Origin: an uncultured bacterium
Lineage (GTDB): Bacteria; GCA-001730085
Length of the DNA: 32,000 nucleotides
Assembly: GCA_964565945.1 (NCBI GenBank)
Contig: CAZMGY010000035.1
Span: 1-32,000, forward strand
Reading direction: 5' to 3'
A model generated the notes under the pieces. It made no database searches, was not told where the DNA came from, and saw only the letters and a program-made list of their open reading frames with translations. The position numbers and the translations under genes were made by a program. Positions 1 through 8,042 of the stretch are shown here, piece by piece; positions within the stretch are counted from its first letter, which is position 1; each line of letters starts with the position of its first letter.

Positions 1-1
1 T

Positions 2-1144
2 ACAACTGGCGGTGGAAGTATTGCGATTAATGCCAAAGGTTCGGCTACTGCTGATGTAAATCTTAATGGCGGTGTGACTAGCTCAGCTGGTGGAGATATT
101 GAGATTCAGGCCAATGATAGCATTGTCTTCACGAGTGGTGAAATTACAAGTGTGAGCGGAAACGTGTTGATTCTTGGTAACAGCGATGCGGCTATTGGGG
201 ATGGTGGAGACGTGATCACTATGGATGAGGCCTCGTTTATTCGATCTGGCTCTGGCAACATAACAATAGACAATGATCGTGCTTATGGTGGTAATATGAG
301 ATTGACAGGTATTCAGACTGGTGCCTCTGCGGGTGCGATTGTGACCGTTAATGCGGGTCACAGCATCCTTGATGGTGGAGATATCAGTGTGGACATTGAG
401 GCTGGCAACGGAGGGCGCCTTAACATTGATTCCGATAAGGGTGTTGGTACTTTGTTCAATCCTTTAGAGATCAATGTGGGTACTTTGAATGCGACAGATG
501 CCTCAATTCAAGGAATATTTTTGAATGAAACAGATTCAATTGATCTAATCAATGTTATGGCTGGAATTGATGGAGCAGTTGGATGGATCAGTATCACAGC
601 TGGAACTGGAGCAAATCATCAAATTCGTATTTTTACCATTGATGGAGGTCCGATTAACTTAACGGTTGCAAATGGTGAGATCATTGGAGTGAATGAGACC
701 ATTATAGGGAATAATTTGCCAATCACATTGACAGCTGATTTTATTAAGTTGAAATTTGTGAATGGGATGATCTTTAATAGTAATTTTGTGTCTCTTGATG
801 AAACAGACTTTGTCCCTGACTTCGAAAGTGAGTTGACACCCTTTCAATTCATTGGATCTCAACCATTCATTATTCTTAATGGCGGATTGATCCCAACCAA
901 TGCAACGAATGGAGCACAACTGGTTCCAACAACAGATCGTGGAACAGTTACCACGGGTGATAACAATATCTTTGAATTGATGGAAGATGCTTCTTTGGGT
1001 ATCAATGCAGACTATATTCGTTCATTGGATGATTGGTTTGCTCCTGAATACATCAATGATGTGAGAATCATTCAGGAAGAGGGGTTGCAGTTCTTGTGGG
1101 AAGGGAAATGGGGATTGCCTCCGGTCTTATCGACTGTTGAGTAA
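2..1144 (+). CDS. C-terminal part of a very large repeat-rich, probably beta-helical secreted/surface (adhesin-like) protein; the 5' end lies upstream of the window
   Basis: The frame is open from base 2: TTGGGSIAINAKGSATADVNLNGG precedes the GTG at 74 where the ORF track starts. It has degenerate Gly/Asn/Thr/Ile-rich repeats (GGDIEIQANDSIVFTSG, GNITIDND, GGRLNIDSD, GTLNATDASIQGIFLNETDSIDLINV) like filamentous-haemagglutinin or autotransporter-passenger beta-helices. A strong terminator follows. Confidence 0.6.
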   Translation, partial: TTGGGSIAINAKGSATADVNLNGGVTSSAGGDIEIQANDSIVFTSGEITSVSGNVLILGNSDAAIGDGGDVITMDEASFIRSGSGNITIDNDRAYGGNMRLTGIQTGASAGAIVTVNAGHSILDGGDISVDIEAGNGGRLNIDSDKGVGTLFNPLEINVGTLNATDASIQGIFLNETDSIDLINVMAGIDGAVGWISITAGTGANHQIRIFTIDGGPINLTVANGEIIGVNETIIGNNLPITLTADFIKLKFVNGMIFNSNFVSLDETDFVPDFESELTPFQFIGSQPFIILNGGLIPTNATNGAQLVPTTDRGTVTTGDNNIFELMEDASLGINADYIRSLDDWFAPEYINDVRIIQEEGLQFLWEGKWGLPPVLSTVE

Positions 1145-1170
1145 AGGAGACCTTAGAGAGTTTTTGAAAA

Positions 1171-1201
1171 ACACGCCCCATCAAAGGGGCGTGTTTTTTT
1201 T
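1171..1201 (+). terminator. Rho-independent terminator after the surface-protein gene
   Basis: A 9-bp GC-rich stem (acacgcccc 1171-1179 with ggggcgtgt 1186-1194) has a 6-nt loop and is followed by a run of 8 T (1194-1201). An A-tract upstream means it could work in both directions. Confidence 0.85.
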
Positions 1202-1268
1202 ATCTCATCCGTCCGTTTAGATAATGTTTGGACTTTGAATCCTTAGTTCGATTTAGATAAACTAGGTA

Positions 1269-1277
1269 TGATACAAT
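1269..1277 (+). promoter_or_regulatory. Candidate extended -10 promoter element for glgP
   Basis: tgaTACAAT (TGn + TAnAAT) lies 28 nt upstream of the glgP ATG. aagga at 1291-1295 is a possible SD. No good -35 is seen. Confidence 0.3.
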
Positions 1278-1304
1278 GGGGCTTGGGTAAAAAGGATTAT
1301 TGGT

Positions 1305-3770
1305 ATGGCTGATCATTCCGATCTTGAAAATTTATTTGACCCTGGATCTTTAGGGTATAGTCAAGAAGACTTTAGGTTATCTATCGCGCATCACTTAGCG
1401 CATTCTTTAGGTAAAGATATTTACACCACAACCCGTCGTGATTGGTTCAAAAGTACCTCTTATGCTTTACGGGAGCGTTTGATGAACAGTTGGCATCACA
1501 CGCAACGAGCTTACTATCGCAATGATGTGAAACGTGTATATTATTTTTCGATGGAATTTCTTATGGGGCGCTCTTTGAGCAATAATATGCTTAATATGGG
1601 GGTTAAAGATGCTTGTGCTAAGGCTTTGTATGAATTGGGGCAAAAGTTAGAAACGATCCAAAGCGTGGAAGTTGACGTAGGTTTGGGCAATGGTGGCTTG
1701 GGGCGTTTAGCGGCTTGCTTTTTAGATTCTATGGCCACACATGACATTCCTGGTTATGGCTATGGTTTGCGTTATGAATTTGGTGCCTTTTCTCAGGACA
1801 TTGTTAATGGGGAGCAGGTGGAAAATGCTGACCACTGGCTGCAGTTTGGCAATGTTTGGGAGGTTGAACGACCAGAGAGTATGTATATGGTTCGCTTTGG
1901 TGGGGTTGTTAAAGATTTTGTGGATGATAAAGGGGAGTGGCGGCATGTGTGGTTGCACGATCATGGTGTGATGGCGGGGGCTTATGATACGCCGATTCCT
2001 GGGTATCGCAATCATACCGTTAATACTTTGCGCTTATGGTCGGCCAAAGCTATTGAACAGTTTGATTTTAGTTGTTTTAACGAAGGAGCCTATGTGCAAG
2101 CAGTTGAAGATCAAATTAAGATGGAAAACATATCGCGCGTGCTTTATCCAGATGATACGACTTATGAGGGGAAGGTCCTCAGGTTTAAACAACAGTACTT
2201 TTTTGTTTCGGCCTCTTTGCAGGATATTATTCGTCGCTACAAAAAAGAGAGGCAGGATTTTTCTGACTTTTCACGTAAAGTTGTGATTCAGCTCAACGAT
2301 ACGCATCCGTCTTTATCGGTTTTAGAGCTTATGCGCCTCTTATTAGACATTGAGTGCTTGGCCTGGGAGGAATCTTGGACGATTGTTACTAAGACCTTTG
2401 CTTACACCAATCATACAGTTTTGCTTGAGGCTTTGGAAAAGTGGCCGGTGCAATTGTTTGAAGAGTTTTTGCCACGTCATTTGCAGATTTTGTACGAAAT
2501 CAACCATCGGTTTTTGGCCGATGTTGAGCAAACGTTCTCTCAAGATCCCGAGGTCTTGCAACGGATGTCCTTGATTGAAGAAGGCGATGAGAAGATGGTA
2601 CGAATGTCTCATTTGGCGATTGTGGGCTCGCATCATGTGAATGGGGTGGCGGTGTTACATACCGATATTATCAAACATCACGTGTTTGAGGATTTTTATC
2701 ATTACACGCCACATAAGTTTTTGAATGTGACCAACGGTGTTTCGATACGAAGATGGTTGCTTGGCGCTAATCCTGAATTAAGTGCATTGATCACCGAGGG
2801 AATAGGTTTTGATTGGACGAATGATATTGAACAGCTGTCTCAGTTAGAGTCCTTGGCCAAAGACGCGACGTTTCAAGAAAAATGGTGCGAAGTTAAGCTA
2901 CATCAAAAGAGGTTATTAAGAGATTATATTAAAGATCATTTGCAAATGGATGTAATGAGTGAGTCGTTGTTTGATGCCCAAGTGAAACGCATTCATGAAT
3001 ACAAACGGCAGTTGCTTAAGGTGATGCATGTGATTCATTTATATGCATCAATCAAAGAACATGAGCGTGCTTCGATTCAAAACCGAACTGTTATTTTTAG
3101 TGGCAAAGCCGCTCCAGGCTATCAGATGGCCAAGGCCATTATTCACTTGATTAATGCTGTGGCTGCTGTGGTCAACAACGACCCCGAAATGGAGGGGTTG
3201 CTTAAAGTGGCCTTTATTCCTAATTATGGTGTGAGTTTGGCTGAAAGAATCATACCTGCCAGTGATGTGTCGGAACAAATTTCGACAGCAGGGATGGAAG
3301 CTTCTGGGACGGGGAATATGAAGTTTTCCCTGAATGGGGCTCTTACGGTGGGAACTCTGGATGGCGCTAATGTTGAGATTCAAGATCATGTTGGTGCTGA
3401 TAATATTTTTATTTTTGGACTGACATTACCTCAGGTTCAACATATTCGTAAAAACAGTTATGACCCTCGTGTTGTGTATGAAGAAGATTTGGCTTTAAAA
3501 CGTGTAATTGATTGGATTGCCGGGGATGTTTTTTCGCAAAGCACACCGGGTGTTTTTCAGCCGATTGTGGATGAACTTTTGCAGCGCGATTATTTTTTGA
3601 ATATTTTGGATTTTAAAGATTATGTGGTGTGTCAAAATTATGTGGAGACTGTTTTTGGGGATGTAAAGAAGTGGACAGAAAAGTCCATTTTGAATGTGGC
3701 TCAGATGGCCTATTTTTCCAGTGATCGAGCGATTCTTGAATATGCGCAACAGATATGGCATGTGAAGTGA
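1305..3770 (+). CDS. glgP: Glycogen/maltodextrin phosphorylase (GT35)
   Basis: At 821 aa it has the family-typical length. The PLP-lysine motif EASGTGNMKFSLNGALTVGTLDGANVEI is present, as are conserved blocks GLGNGGLGRLAACFLDS and LNDTHP. Confidence 0.95.
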   Translation: MADHSDLENLFDPGSLGYSQEDFRLSIAHHLAHSLGKDIYTTTRRDWFKSTSYALRERLMNSWHHTQRAYYRNDVKRVYYFSMEFLMGRSLSNNMLNMGVKDACAKALYELGQKLETIQSVEVDVGLGNGGLGRLAACFLDSMATHDIPGYGYGLRYEFGAFSQDIVNGEQVENADHWLQFGNVWEVERPESMYMVRFGGVVKDFVDDKGEWRHVWLHDHGVMAGAYDTPIPGYRNHTVNTLRLWSAKAIEQFDFSCFNEGAYVQAVEDQIKMENISRVLYPDDTTYEGKVLRFKQQYFFVSASLQDIIRRYKKERQDFSDFSRKVVIQLNDTHPSLSVLELMRLLLDIECLAWEESWTIVTKTFAYTNHTVLLEALEKWPVQLFEEFLPRHLQILYEINHRFLADVEQTFSQDPEVLQRMSLIEEGDEKMVRMSHLAIVGSHHVNGVAVLHTDIIKHHVFEDFYHYTPHKFLNVTNGVSIRRWLLGANPELSALITEGIGFDWTNDIEQLSQLESLAKDATFQEKWCEVKLHQKRLLRDYIKDHLQMDVMSESLFDAQVKRIHEYKRQLLKVMHVIHLYASIKEHERASIQNRTVIFSGKAAPGYQMAKAIIHLINAVAAVVNNDPEMEGLLKVAFIPNYGVSLAERIIPASDVSEQISTAGMEASGTGNMKFSLNGALTVGTLDGANVEIQDHVGADNIFIFGLTLPQVQHIRKNSYDPRVVYEEDLALKRVIDWIAGDVFSQSTPGVFQPIVDELLQRDYFLNILDFKDYVVCQNYVETVFGDVKKWTEKSILNVAQMAYFSSDRAILEYAQQIWHVK

Positions 3771-3796
3771 TGTGTATTAGGGAAAGGATATAGGGG

Positions 3797-4795
3797 ATGA
3801 AACGGATTTCTTGGGATGAACGGTATGTGGTGCTTAATATTTATGCCAGTTCTGTGCTTGTGCTACTTGCGGGACTTGCTTCGGGGCTTATTTTGGCAAG
3901 TATTTTTGCCATTTGCTTTTTCCCTATGATAAACAGCTTTGTACCCGTGCAAAAAATGTATGTGATTTCGCTCTGTTTTTTGGCGTTGGCTTTGTCGATG
4001 GCGGGGATTTTTGCGGCTTCGGTGGTGCGTAATAAGGTGAAAGAGTCGTGGGAAGAATTAAGTGTTTTTAGTTATGATGAACCATATACATTTTTTATTT
4101 TTCTTTTTGGCTTAGCGTTGGCGGGCTATGCCTCTTTGGGAATGGTGTCGATGTATCAGGTTCATATTTTGTCATATGTCTGGTGGTTCCCCTTGCTGAT
4201 TGCGCTGATCCTAGCGGGATTTGTTGTGCATATGTGGCGTGTTTTGCAGGAAAAGATCATAAGTTTGTTTTTTTCCATAAATCCCCTGTTTTTGGTGAAC
4301 GAAAAAAGATTTAAGGAGCAGCTTAAATTGAAGTTGTCCGAGGCCAAACGCTATGGAGGCCCTTTTGCGGTGTTGGCGATTTCGATTGATGATAAGGAAA
4401 CCTTGCTTAATGCGTATGGTAATCGCGGCTGGCAACGTTTAAATCAGGAAGTTGTTCGTTTTTTCAATATGAACACCCGCGAAACCGATGTTTTTGGCCA
4501 AATTGAAGACGGAACAATTATTATTTCTTTAACGCACACTGACCGCTATGGAGCTGAGATTGTGGCCAAACGGGTGGCTCAGCAGGTGAGTGAACGTATT
4601 TTTATGGTGGGCAAAAAAAATGTGTGCATCAGTCTTTCGGGAGGTGTGGGCTTGTTTAGTGAAAAGTTAACATCTGTCGATGAGTTGACGTTAGCGGCCA
4701 TTTTGGCAGTCAATCGAGCGACCGAGGGGGCTGGACACAGCATTGTTTTCAATGATGGTGAATTTGTCAAGGAAAGCCTTTATGAGTCAGAGTGA
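3797..4795 (+). CDS. Polytopic membrane protein with a C-terminal degenerate GGDEF domain (active site lost, RxxD I-site retained)
   Basis: The N-terminal ~165 aa carry several hydrophobic segments. The C-terminal ~160 aa align to the GGDEF fold (FAVLAISIDDKETLLNAYGNRGWQ ... RETDVFGQIEDGTIIISL ... SLSGGVGLF ... AVNRATEGAGHSIVF). The position of GG[DE]EF reads EDGTI. Confidence 0.75.
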   Translation: MKRISWDERYVVLNIYASSVLVLLAGLASGLILASIFAICFFPMINSFVPVQKMYVISLCFLALALSMAGIFAASVVRNKVKESWEELSVFSYDEPYTFFIFLFGLALAGYASLGMVSMYQVHILSYVWWFPLLIALILAGFVVHMWRVLQEKIISLFFSINPLFLVNEKRFKEQLKLKLSEAKRYGGPFAVLAISIDDKETLLNAYGNRGWQRLNQEVVRFFNMNTRETDVFGQIEDGTIIISLTHTDRYGAEIVAKRVAQQVSERIFMVGKKNVCISLSGGVGLFSEKLTSVDELTLAAILAVNRATEGAGHSIVFNDGEFVKESLYESE

Positions 4796-5450
4796 GCGAT
4801 GTCCTGATTGCTGGGAGGTTCTCGATCTGGGTTTAGGCGCCTTTGCCGAGGCGGATTATCTTCAAAAACAGTTGATTGAAAAAAAGAAAAATAAAGAATA
4901 CAATAAGGATTGCCTTATATTAGCTGAATTTAAGCCAGTTATTACAAAAGGTCGGAGATTTCAGTCGGCGAGTCTTTTATGTAACAAATCTTTTTTGAAG
5001 GATCATGAGGTTGAGTTGATCGATGTTGATCGCGGTGGAGATGTGACCTATCACGGCCCTGGCCAACTGATGGTTTATCCGGTGGCTGATTTAAGCTACT
5101 ATGGTAAGGATTTAAGGTTGTGGGTGACTGGATTAGAAGAGGCTGTGATAAGGGTTTTTCATCGTTATGGGCTCGAAGGTCGAAGAAAATCTGGTGTGCC
5201 TGGTGTATGGGTTGAGTCTCGTAAAATAGCATCGGTAGGTGTCGGCTGTACGCAATGGATGACCTATCATGGGGTGGGTTTAAATGTGACCACCGACTTG
5301 GAGCCTTTTTCGTGGATGGTTCCGTGTGGCCTCGAAGGGGTTCAGATGACCAACATGGCTTTGGAGCTTAACCGACCGATTGGTATGGCTGAAGTTAAGG
5401 CTGTGTGGAAAGAAGAGTTTTTTGACGTTGTAAGGAGTATTGGTAAGTGA
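4782..5450 (+). CDS. lipB: Octanoyl-[ACP]:protein N-octanoyltransferase
   Basis: Motifs are RGGDVTYHGPGQLMVYPV, RKIASVGV, HGVGLNV and the catalytic-Cys region VPCGLEG. I prefer the ATG at 4782 (SD aagga 4769-4773, 8-nt spacer) over the TTG at 4743 used by the ORF track. Confidence 0.9.
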   Translation: MSQSERCPDCWEVLDLGLGAFAEADYLQKQLIEKKKNKEYNKDCLILAEFKPVITKGRRFQSASLLCNKSFLKDHEVELIDVDRGGDVTYHGPGQLMVYPVADLSYYGKDLRLWVTGLEEAVIRVFHRYGLEGRRKSGVPGVWVESRKIASVGVGCTQWMTYHGVGLNVTTDLEPFSWMVPCGLEGVQMTNMALELNRPIGMAEVKAVWKEEFFDVVRSIGK

Positions 5451-6307
5451 AAACATTACCTAAATGGTTCATCAAAGAGGTTCCGACCGATCCCACCTAT
5501 GCTAAGGTGGCGGAGCTTTTAGATGATTTAGAATTGAATACGGTTTGCAAGGAAGCGAAGTGTCCCAATGTGGGGGAGTGTTACTCTCGGGGAACGGCAA
5601 CCTTTATGATTTTAGGCGATGTTTGTACGCGCAATTGCCGTTTTTGTGCCATTGCATTGGGTAAGCCACGTGCCGTTGATCTTGATGAGCCGCGGAGACT
5701 CAGAGAAGCGGTGCAGTATTTGGGCTTAAAACATGTGGTGATCACCATGGTGACACGTGATGATTTGAAAGATGGCGGTTCGGCGCATTTTGTCGCAGTC
5801 ATTCAAGAGCTTAAAAAGCATACCCAAGTGAGTATCGAAGTGTTGACCTCGGACTTTCGTGGGCGGATGGAAAGTGTGGACGAAGTGGTTTTCTCGGGCC
5901 CCGACGTTTTCAACCACAACATGGAAACGGTAGAGCGCCTTCATCTTGCGGTTAGACCGATGATGACCTATCAGAGGTCCTTGGATGTGTTGGAACGAGC
6001 TAAAAAAGTGTGCTCCGATATGATTGTAAAGTCGGGTTTGATGCTTGGTTTGGGGGAAACGCGAGGGGAAATAGAAGCTGTTTTGCAAGATTTACGTGCA
6101 GTTGAGTGCGAAGTGTTAACCCTTGGCCAATATTTGCGTCCCATGGGATCGCCTTTGGCGGTTGAAAGGTTTTTAACACCAGATGAATTTGACGATTTAG
6201 GTGATTATGCAAAGGCTTTAGGGTTCCGTTTAGTAGAATCGGGCCCGATGGTACGTAGCTCCTATCGTGCCGATGAAGCTATTAGTCATATGTCCATTGC
6301 TTCGTAA
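5447..6307 (+). CDS. lipA: Lipoyl synthase (radical SAM)
   Basis: It has the auxiliary-cluster motif CKEAKCPNVGEC (CX4CX5C) and the radical-SAM motif CTRNCRFC (CX3CX2C). The GTG start overlaps the lipB stop (GTGA). Confidence 0.95.
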   Translation: MKTLPKWFIKEVPTDPTYAKVAELLDDLELNTVCKEAKCPNVGECYSRGTATFMILGDVCTRNCRFCAIALGKPRAVDLDEPRRLREAVQYLGLKHVVITMVTRDDLKDGGSAHFVAVIQELKKHTQVSIEVLTSDFRGRMESVDEVVFSGPDVFNHNMETVERLHLAVRPMMTYQRSLDVLERAKKVCSDMIVKSGLMLGLGETRGEIEAVLQDLRAVECEVLTLGQYLRPMGSPLAVERFLTPDEFDDLGDYAKALGFRLVESGPMVRSSYRADEAISHMSIAS

Positions 6308-6327
6308 AGGAAAAGGAACAACTAAGA

Positions 6328-6585
6328 ATGAAAACCCCAACATTATTTGAAGTACCTTTGCCGTATTTAGGTGAAGGCATTGAAGAAGCGGAATTAGCTT
6401 TGTGGCATGTGAAGAAAGGTGACTTTGTTGCTTCTGGAGATGATTTGTGCGAAGTGGTTACCGATAAAGTTAGTTTTTATGTGGCTGCACCCGAAGCAGG
6501 GGTAATTAAAACAAAGTGTGCTCAAGAAGAAGATGTGATTAAAATTGGAGCTCCATTGGTTTATATGGATTTGAATAAGGAGTAA
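6328..6585 (+). CDS. Stand-alone lipoyl-attachment domain protein (85 aa)
   Basis: The sequence matches the E2-type lipoyl domain pattern: LPYLGEGIEEAELALWHVKKGDFVASGDDLCEVVTDKVSFYVAAPEAGVI. The candidate lipoyl-lysine is K47 (AAA 6466-6468) in TDK. There is no biotinyl (A/V)MKM motif and no catalytic domain attached. Confidence 0.8.
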   Translation: MKTPTLFEVPLPYLGEGIEEAELALWHVKKGDFVASGDDLCEVVTDKVSFYVAAPEAGVIKTKCAQEEDVIKIGAPLVYMDLNKE

Positions 6586-6589
6586 GGAC

Positions 6590-7774
6590 ATGGAAGAAGG
6601 GAATCGAATGAAGCGGTTACCTCCGTACTTATTTACGATTGTGGACCGTTTGAAAAAGAAAGTGAAGGCCGAAGGCAAGGATGTGATTGATTTATCGATG
6701 GGCAATCCTGACTTGCCCACACCTCCTCATATTGTGGATGAGCTGTGTGCAGCGGCCCATGCAACAGCCAACCATCGCTATTCCAAGAAAGATGAGCCTT
6801 GTGAAGTTGAACTTAGAGAAGCCATATGTTATTGGTATAAAGAGCGTTTTGACGTTGAGTTGGATCCTGAGACAGAAGTGGTTCCTTTGATTGGTTCGAA
6901 AGAAGGGATTGCGCACTTATCGACCGCTTTTTTGAATCCAGATGATATTGCTTTGGTGCCATCTCCAGCCTATCCCGTTCATTTCAATGGTGTGATCATG
7001 GCGGGGGGGATTCTTTATAATTTGCCTTTGTTGCGTGAAAATAACTTTTTGCCTGATTTGAATGCAATTCCTGTCGATGTGCTTAATCGTAGCAAGCTGA
7101 TGTTTTTGAGCTATCCTCATAATCCGACAGCCGCAGTTGCCGAACGAGGATTTTACGAAGAGGTCGTGGAGTGGATTCGAGGAAAAAATATTATTTTAGC
7201 CAGTGATGCGGCTTATTCTGATATTGTCTATGATGGTCAGCAACCGACCAGTATTTTGCAAATTGACGGTGCGCGTGATGTTGGGATTGAGTTTCACACG
7301 CTTTCTAAAAGTTACAATATGGCGGGATGGCGTTTAGGTTTTGCTGTGGGGAATGCCAATATTTTGGCCTCTCTTGAAAAAACCAAAAGTTACACTGATT
7401 TTGGTATTTTTCGTCCCATTCAAAAGGCTGCGATTGTTGCATTAACTGGTGATCAAAGTTGTGTGACCAACTTGGTGGCAACGTATAAAGAGCGGATGGA
7501 TTTCTTTATCGATGGTTTGCATCAAATGGGTTGGAAGGTCGATCCCCCTAAAGCGACTTTTTACATTTGGGCACATTTGCCCGAAAAATACAGCGCGTTA
7601 AGCTCATTGGACTTTGTGGCTCTTATGCTTAAAGAAACAGGGGTGGCTGTGGCACCAGGCAGTGGTTTTGGAGAATATGGTGAAGGCTATGTTCGCTTTG
7701 CTTTGGTTCAAGAGATCCCTCGTTTGGAAAAAGCGCTTAAGTGTATTAAAGATTTTATTTCAATCAAATCTTAG
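6590..7774 (+). CDS. Class I/II PLP-dependent aminotransferase, AlaC/YfdZ-like (probable alanine or aspartate transaminase)
   Basis: The PLP-lysine motif is SKSYNMAGWRLGF. The N-terminal LPPYLF..., DLSMGNPDLPTP and IGSKEGIAHL blocks resemble my memory of E. coli AlaC. SD aaggag at 6577-6582 sits 7 nt before the ATG. Confidence 0.85.
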   Translation: MEEGNRMKRLPPYLFTIVDRLKKKVKAEGKDVIDLSMGNPDLPTPPHIVDELCAAAHATANHRYSKKDEPCEVELREAICYWYKERFDVELDPETEVVPLIGSKEGIAHLSTAFLNPDDIALVPSPAYPVHFNGVIMAGGILYNLPLLRENNFLPDLNAIPVDVLNRSKLMFLSYPHNPTAAVAERGFYEEVVEWIRGKNIILASDAAYSDIVYDGQQPTSILQIDGARDVGIEFHTLSKSYNMAGWRLGFAVGNANILASLEKTKSYTDFGIFRPIQKAAIVALTGDQSCVTNLVATYKERMDFFIDGLHQMGWKVDPPKATFYIWAHLPEKYSALSSLDFVALMLKETGVAVAPGSGFGEYGEGYVRFALVQEIPRLEKALKCIKDFISIKS

Positions 7775-7833
7775 AGGTATAAAGTTTAGATGCAAGTCTA
7801 AGTTTTATGTGTTTCTTAGTTTTTGAAATGTCC

Positions 7834-7853
7834 TTCCCGCGAAGGCGGGAAGA
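7834..7853 (+). terminator. GC-rich hairpin downstream of the aminotransferase gene (possible weak terminator or structural element)
   Basis: cttcccgc (7834-7841) pairs with gcgggaag (7846-7853) around a GAAG loop, 60 nt after the stop at 7774. No clear U-tract follows. Confidence 0.3.
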
Positions 7854-8042
7854 TGTGTTCTTAAGAGGTTTATGGAGCCACTTTTACGAGGGAATGACAG
7901 GTAGTCGAGGACATTTTGAGAGAAGACTATCTATTGTTGAGGAGCCCGAGGCGACGCGGCATTTTAGAGAATGTAGGGGGTGTCTTTGGGAGATAGAAGA
8001 TATCGACAATACACGTCATCCCGTGGCTTGACTGCGGGATCT

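Noticed and set aside
4743-4781. Upstream TTG/ATG starts for lipB overlapping the GGDEF gene by 53 nt
   Set aside because: The ATG at 4782 has a proper SD (aagga, 8-nt spacer) and gives an N-terminus of normal length for LipB.
7826-7835. 10-mer gaaatgtcct shared between 7826-7835 and 14619-14628
   Set aside because: Hundreds of repeated 10-mers are expected by chance in 32 kb (about 5e8 pairs against about 1e6 10-mers), and the flanks do not extend the match.
7807-8042. ORF 7807-8031 (74 aa) and the 7980 start of the binding-protein ORF
   Set aside because: ORF 7807-8031 has no SD and an odd composition, and it overlaps the hairpin region. The binding protein has a textbook lipoprotein signal peptide beginning at the ATG at 8043, so the upstream 21 codons are read-through of non-coding sequence.
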